Source of the DNA: the human T2T-CHM13v2.0 reference genome, Homo sapiens
Assembly: GCF_009914755.1 (NCBI RefSeq)
Contig: NC_060937.1
Direction: 5' to 3' (one strand)
Length of the DNA stretch: 64,000 nucleotides
A program made the position numbers and the translations under genes. The notes beneath the pieces are model-generated. The model was not told where the DNA came from and made no database searches. It saw only the letters and a list, made by a program, of their open reading frames with translations. Below are positions 61,671 to 64,000 of the stretch, one piece after another (position 1 is the stretch's first letter; the number at the start of each line of letters is the position of its first letter).

Positions 61671-62779
61671 TGAGAGTGGCAGGAGGCCGAAAAATTCCTA
61701 GGCAGACAGTGACAGGTCCCTGGTGAAACCTGACCTTCAAGCCAAAGATAGCTTAAAGCCTGAAAACTGAGCTGCCAGAGTCCACAACCAGAGTTAGAAC
61801 TTCCCCAGTGCCTTTTAGTCAATTGAACGGTGCTTTTTCCAGGCCCACCCATGGACCAATCAGCTTGCACTCCCCCATTCTGGGCCCATAAAAACCCCAG
61901 ACTCAGCCATCTATTTGGCTATTTGCTTTCAGGCACCCTCTCACACAGAGGGCTACCTACGTCTGGTCCCCTCTCATTGTCTGGTCCCCTCTCATTGCCG
62001 AGTGCTTTTCTGTCACTCAATGAAATTCTTCTATGCCTTGTCCACTCTTCAGTGTCCACATACCTCCTTCCTCTCTTGGATGCAGGACAAGAATGCAGGA
62101 CCTGCCTAATGGCAGGTGTGAAAGGAATTGTAACACTGTAGCCCTCCCATCTTCTGCGTGCAGTGGGTGGCTGCCCCACATGATGAGAAGAGGTAATGGC
62201 ATGCCTGGGACAACCTAGGAGCCATGGTCTGGAGCAGGGCAGTGGGACTGAACAAGCCATGACACGCCCCTGTTTGCTGAAGTGTGCAGACAGGGAAAAC
62301 AAATGAGCTGTAACTTGCCCCTCTTGTTCACCACACTGCAGGCAGTGGGAACAAATGTGATCTGCAACATGAATGAGCTGAAACATAGCCCCCCAGCCAT
62401 GCTGCAGGTGGCAGGAAAGAGAGAGAGCTGCAGCAGTCCTCAGGGAATCAGGCCTTGGAACTCTCTGGGCAAAAGCCATAATACCACTTGGGGCTTCATG
62501 GTTGTTGACCTCTCAAAGTTTTTGGGTGCTGCTATATCCCCCTCAACTAGATGCTGGCATCCAAGGTGGAACACAGTCACAGTTTGCCAGACCCGCTGAG
62601 TACAGAGCCGCAACAGGCATGGAATCTGGGCTGGTAGCACGAGCTGAGTGCAGCCTGCCAGGCTGAGTGAGTAGAGCAAGTCCAGCGGTGAGCCTGGAGC
62701 TGAGTGAGGCCCAGGTAGGGGAACTGCAGGCTGTGGAGATTTCTGGCTGGTGAAGCAGCACCAAAAGAATCTTGTGTCA
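61671..62779 (+). mobile_element. ERV1 solo LTR, LTR28-like
   Basis: TG...CA termini, 1109 bp. Start tgagagtggcaggaggc..cctaggcagacag..gtgaaacctgaccttcaagccaaaga; CCAAT (ggaccaatcagc) and TATA-like cataaaaa. 4-bp TSD ccac/ccac. Internal 18-bp tandem duplication at 61961-61997. Confidence 0.87.
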
Positions 62780-62799
62780 CCACCACATTATTATAAGAA

Positions 62800-63685
62800 C
62801 TTCTTCTATAAAGGACTTTTGCAATAGCCTTTTACCTAGCATCCTAAAGCATTTCCCATTCTCAAACACAGCAAACTTGTAAAATCACAAAGCTCTCCAC
62901 ATTACTCCTATAATGCAAGCAATTCAGTGGCTTTCTATTGCTCTTAGGAAAGCCAAAAACCTTTTAAAAGGCCTTCCTGGTCTGGCTTGTGCCTCCCTCT
63001 TGCTTCTTATATAACTCCTTTCTCTTGGCTCCCTGTAGTGTATCAACCCCTCCTCAGAATTATTCAAACCCTCCTCAGAATTTCCTCCTGGCTTTAACCA
63101 TTGGAAAACTTCTTTGCTGTTTATCTGTGAAGAACATACACAGACCTCTTACTCATCATCCATGTTTTAGGTATTAAATCTCATTTCTTCAAAAAGTCAC
63201 TCTTAGCTGGGCCTGTAATCCCAGCACTTTGGGAGGCTGAGGCAGGAGAATCACTGGAGGTCAGGAGTTTGAGACCAACCTGGCCAAATGATGAAATACT
63301 GTCTCTGTAAAAATACAAAAAATAGCTGAATGTGGTGGTACAAGCCTGTAATCCCAGATACTCAGGAGTGTGAGGCAGGAGAATCACTTGAACGAATTTG
63401 CAGTGAGCCAAGATTGTGCCACTGTGCTACAGCCTGGGTGACAGAGCTAGACTCTGTCTCAAAAGAAAAAGTTACCCTTCATTTCATGGAATAGTTTAGT
63501 CTTAACTGTTTTATACTATTCTAGCACCTGTTGGTATGTTTTTTGTGGTCCACATTGTGCTTAAGCCCTTAAGCCCACAGTGCCAGGGACCATGCAGGGA
63601 TTGTTCAATATTACATTCCCAGTTGGAAAACTGCCAAGCACAGATAAGGAACTCAGCAATTATTTGTTAAGTGAACAAATGCATG
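62800..63685 (+). mobile_element. L2 3' fragment interrupted by an Alu
   Basis: tcagtggctttctattgctcttagga, aaggccttcctggtctggc; 3' end gcacagataaggaactcagcaattatttgttaagtgaacaaatg. Confidence 0.65.
63206..63465 (+). mobile_element. AluS with small internal deletions
   Basis: cctgtaatcccagcactttgggaggctgagg...gaggtcaggagtttgagacc...cagcctgggtgacagagc. TSD aaaaagtcactctt/aaaaagttaccctt. Confidence 0.92.
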
Positions 63686-64000
63686 TATTAATAGCATCCA
63701 TAATTGAAATAAAAAATTGAAAACATTATGTCTAATGATAGTCACTACTGGCAATGACTAAATTAGACTTTAACTCTAACATATATTTAGAGTTGGCCAC
63801 ACGAATGTGTGCATGACAACAATGGAATGATTCCCTATTAGTTTCTTCTTATTTTCTGTCCATGGTTGCTTTCTGTCTTATGGTGACACATAGGTCTTGG
63901 TGGTACATATATACAAATTGATTTAATTTGAATTAATGAAGATTTAAGGAATGATCTGAAATATTGCTCAATAGTGCTAAGTGAAATAAAGTGAATACAG

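Noticed and set aside
61661-62786. Dense overlapping ORFs up to 186 aa
   Set aside because: All lie within the GC-rich LTR28-like solo LTR, where stop codons are scarce. The same applies to ORFs in the L1 5' UTRs (25088-26219, 44089-45186).

Overview
This is AT-rich primate (catarrhine, probably human) genomic DNA, either intergenic or deep intronic. I recognise no protein-coding gene, RNA gene, CRISPR array or prokaryote-type system. The ORF track is almost entirely LINE-1 relics, Alu/LTR read-through and random short frames. About half of the window is transposable elements: three long decayed LINE-1s (9.9-17.6 kb minus, 21.0-26.3 kb minus, 44.0-51.0 kb plus), a twin-primed L1PA insertion, about 11 Alus, MaLR and ERV1 solo LTRs, hAT/Tigger MER elements, and old L2, MIR and CR1 fragments. 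I found no convincing new biological system. The best second-look items are structural: a 47-bp templated insertion inside an L1, an apparent deletion junction removing an L1 3' end plus part of its host MER44B, a CR1 fossil with a readable protein motif, and a head-to-head LTR27/LTR28-type pair flanking an intron-like unit. There are also a few splice-site-bounded or homeodomain-motif segments in unique DNA. Repeat subfamily names come from my recall of consensus sequences and need RepeatMasker/Dfam confirmation; boundaries of old elements are approximate.
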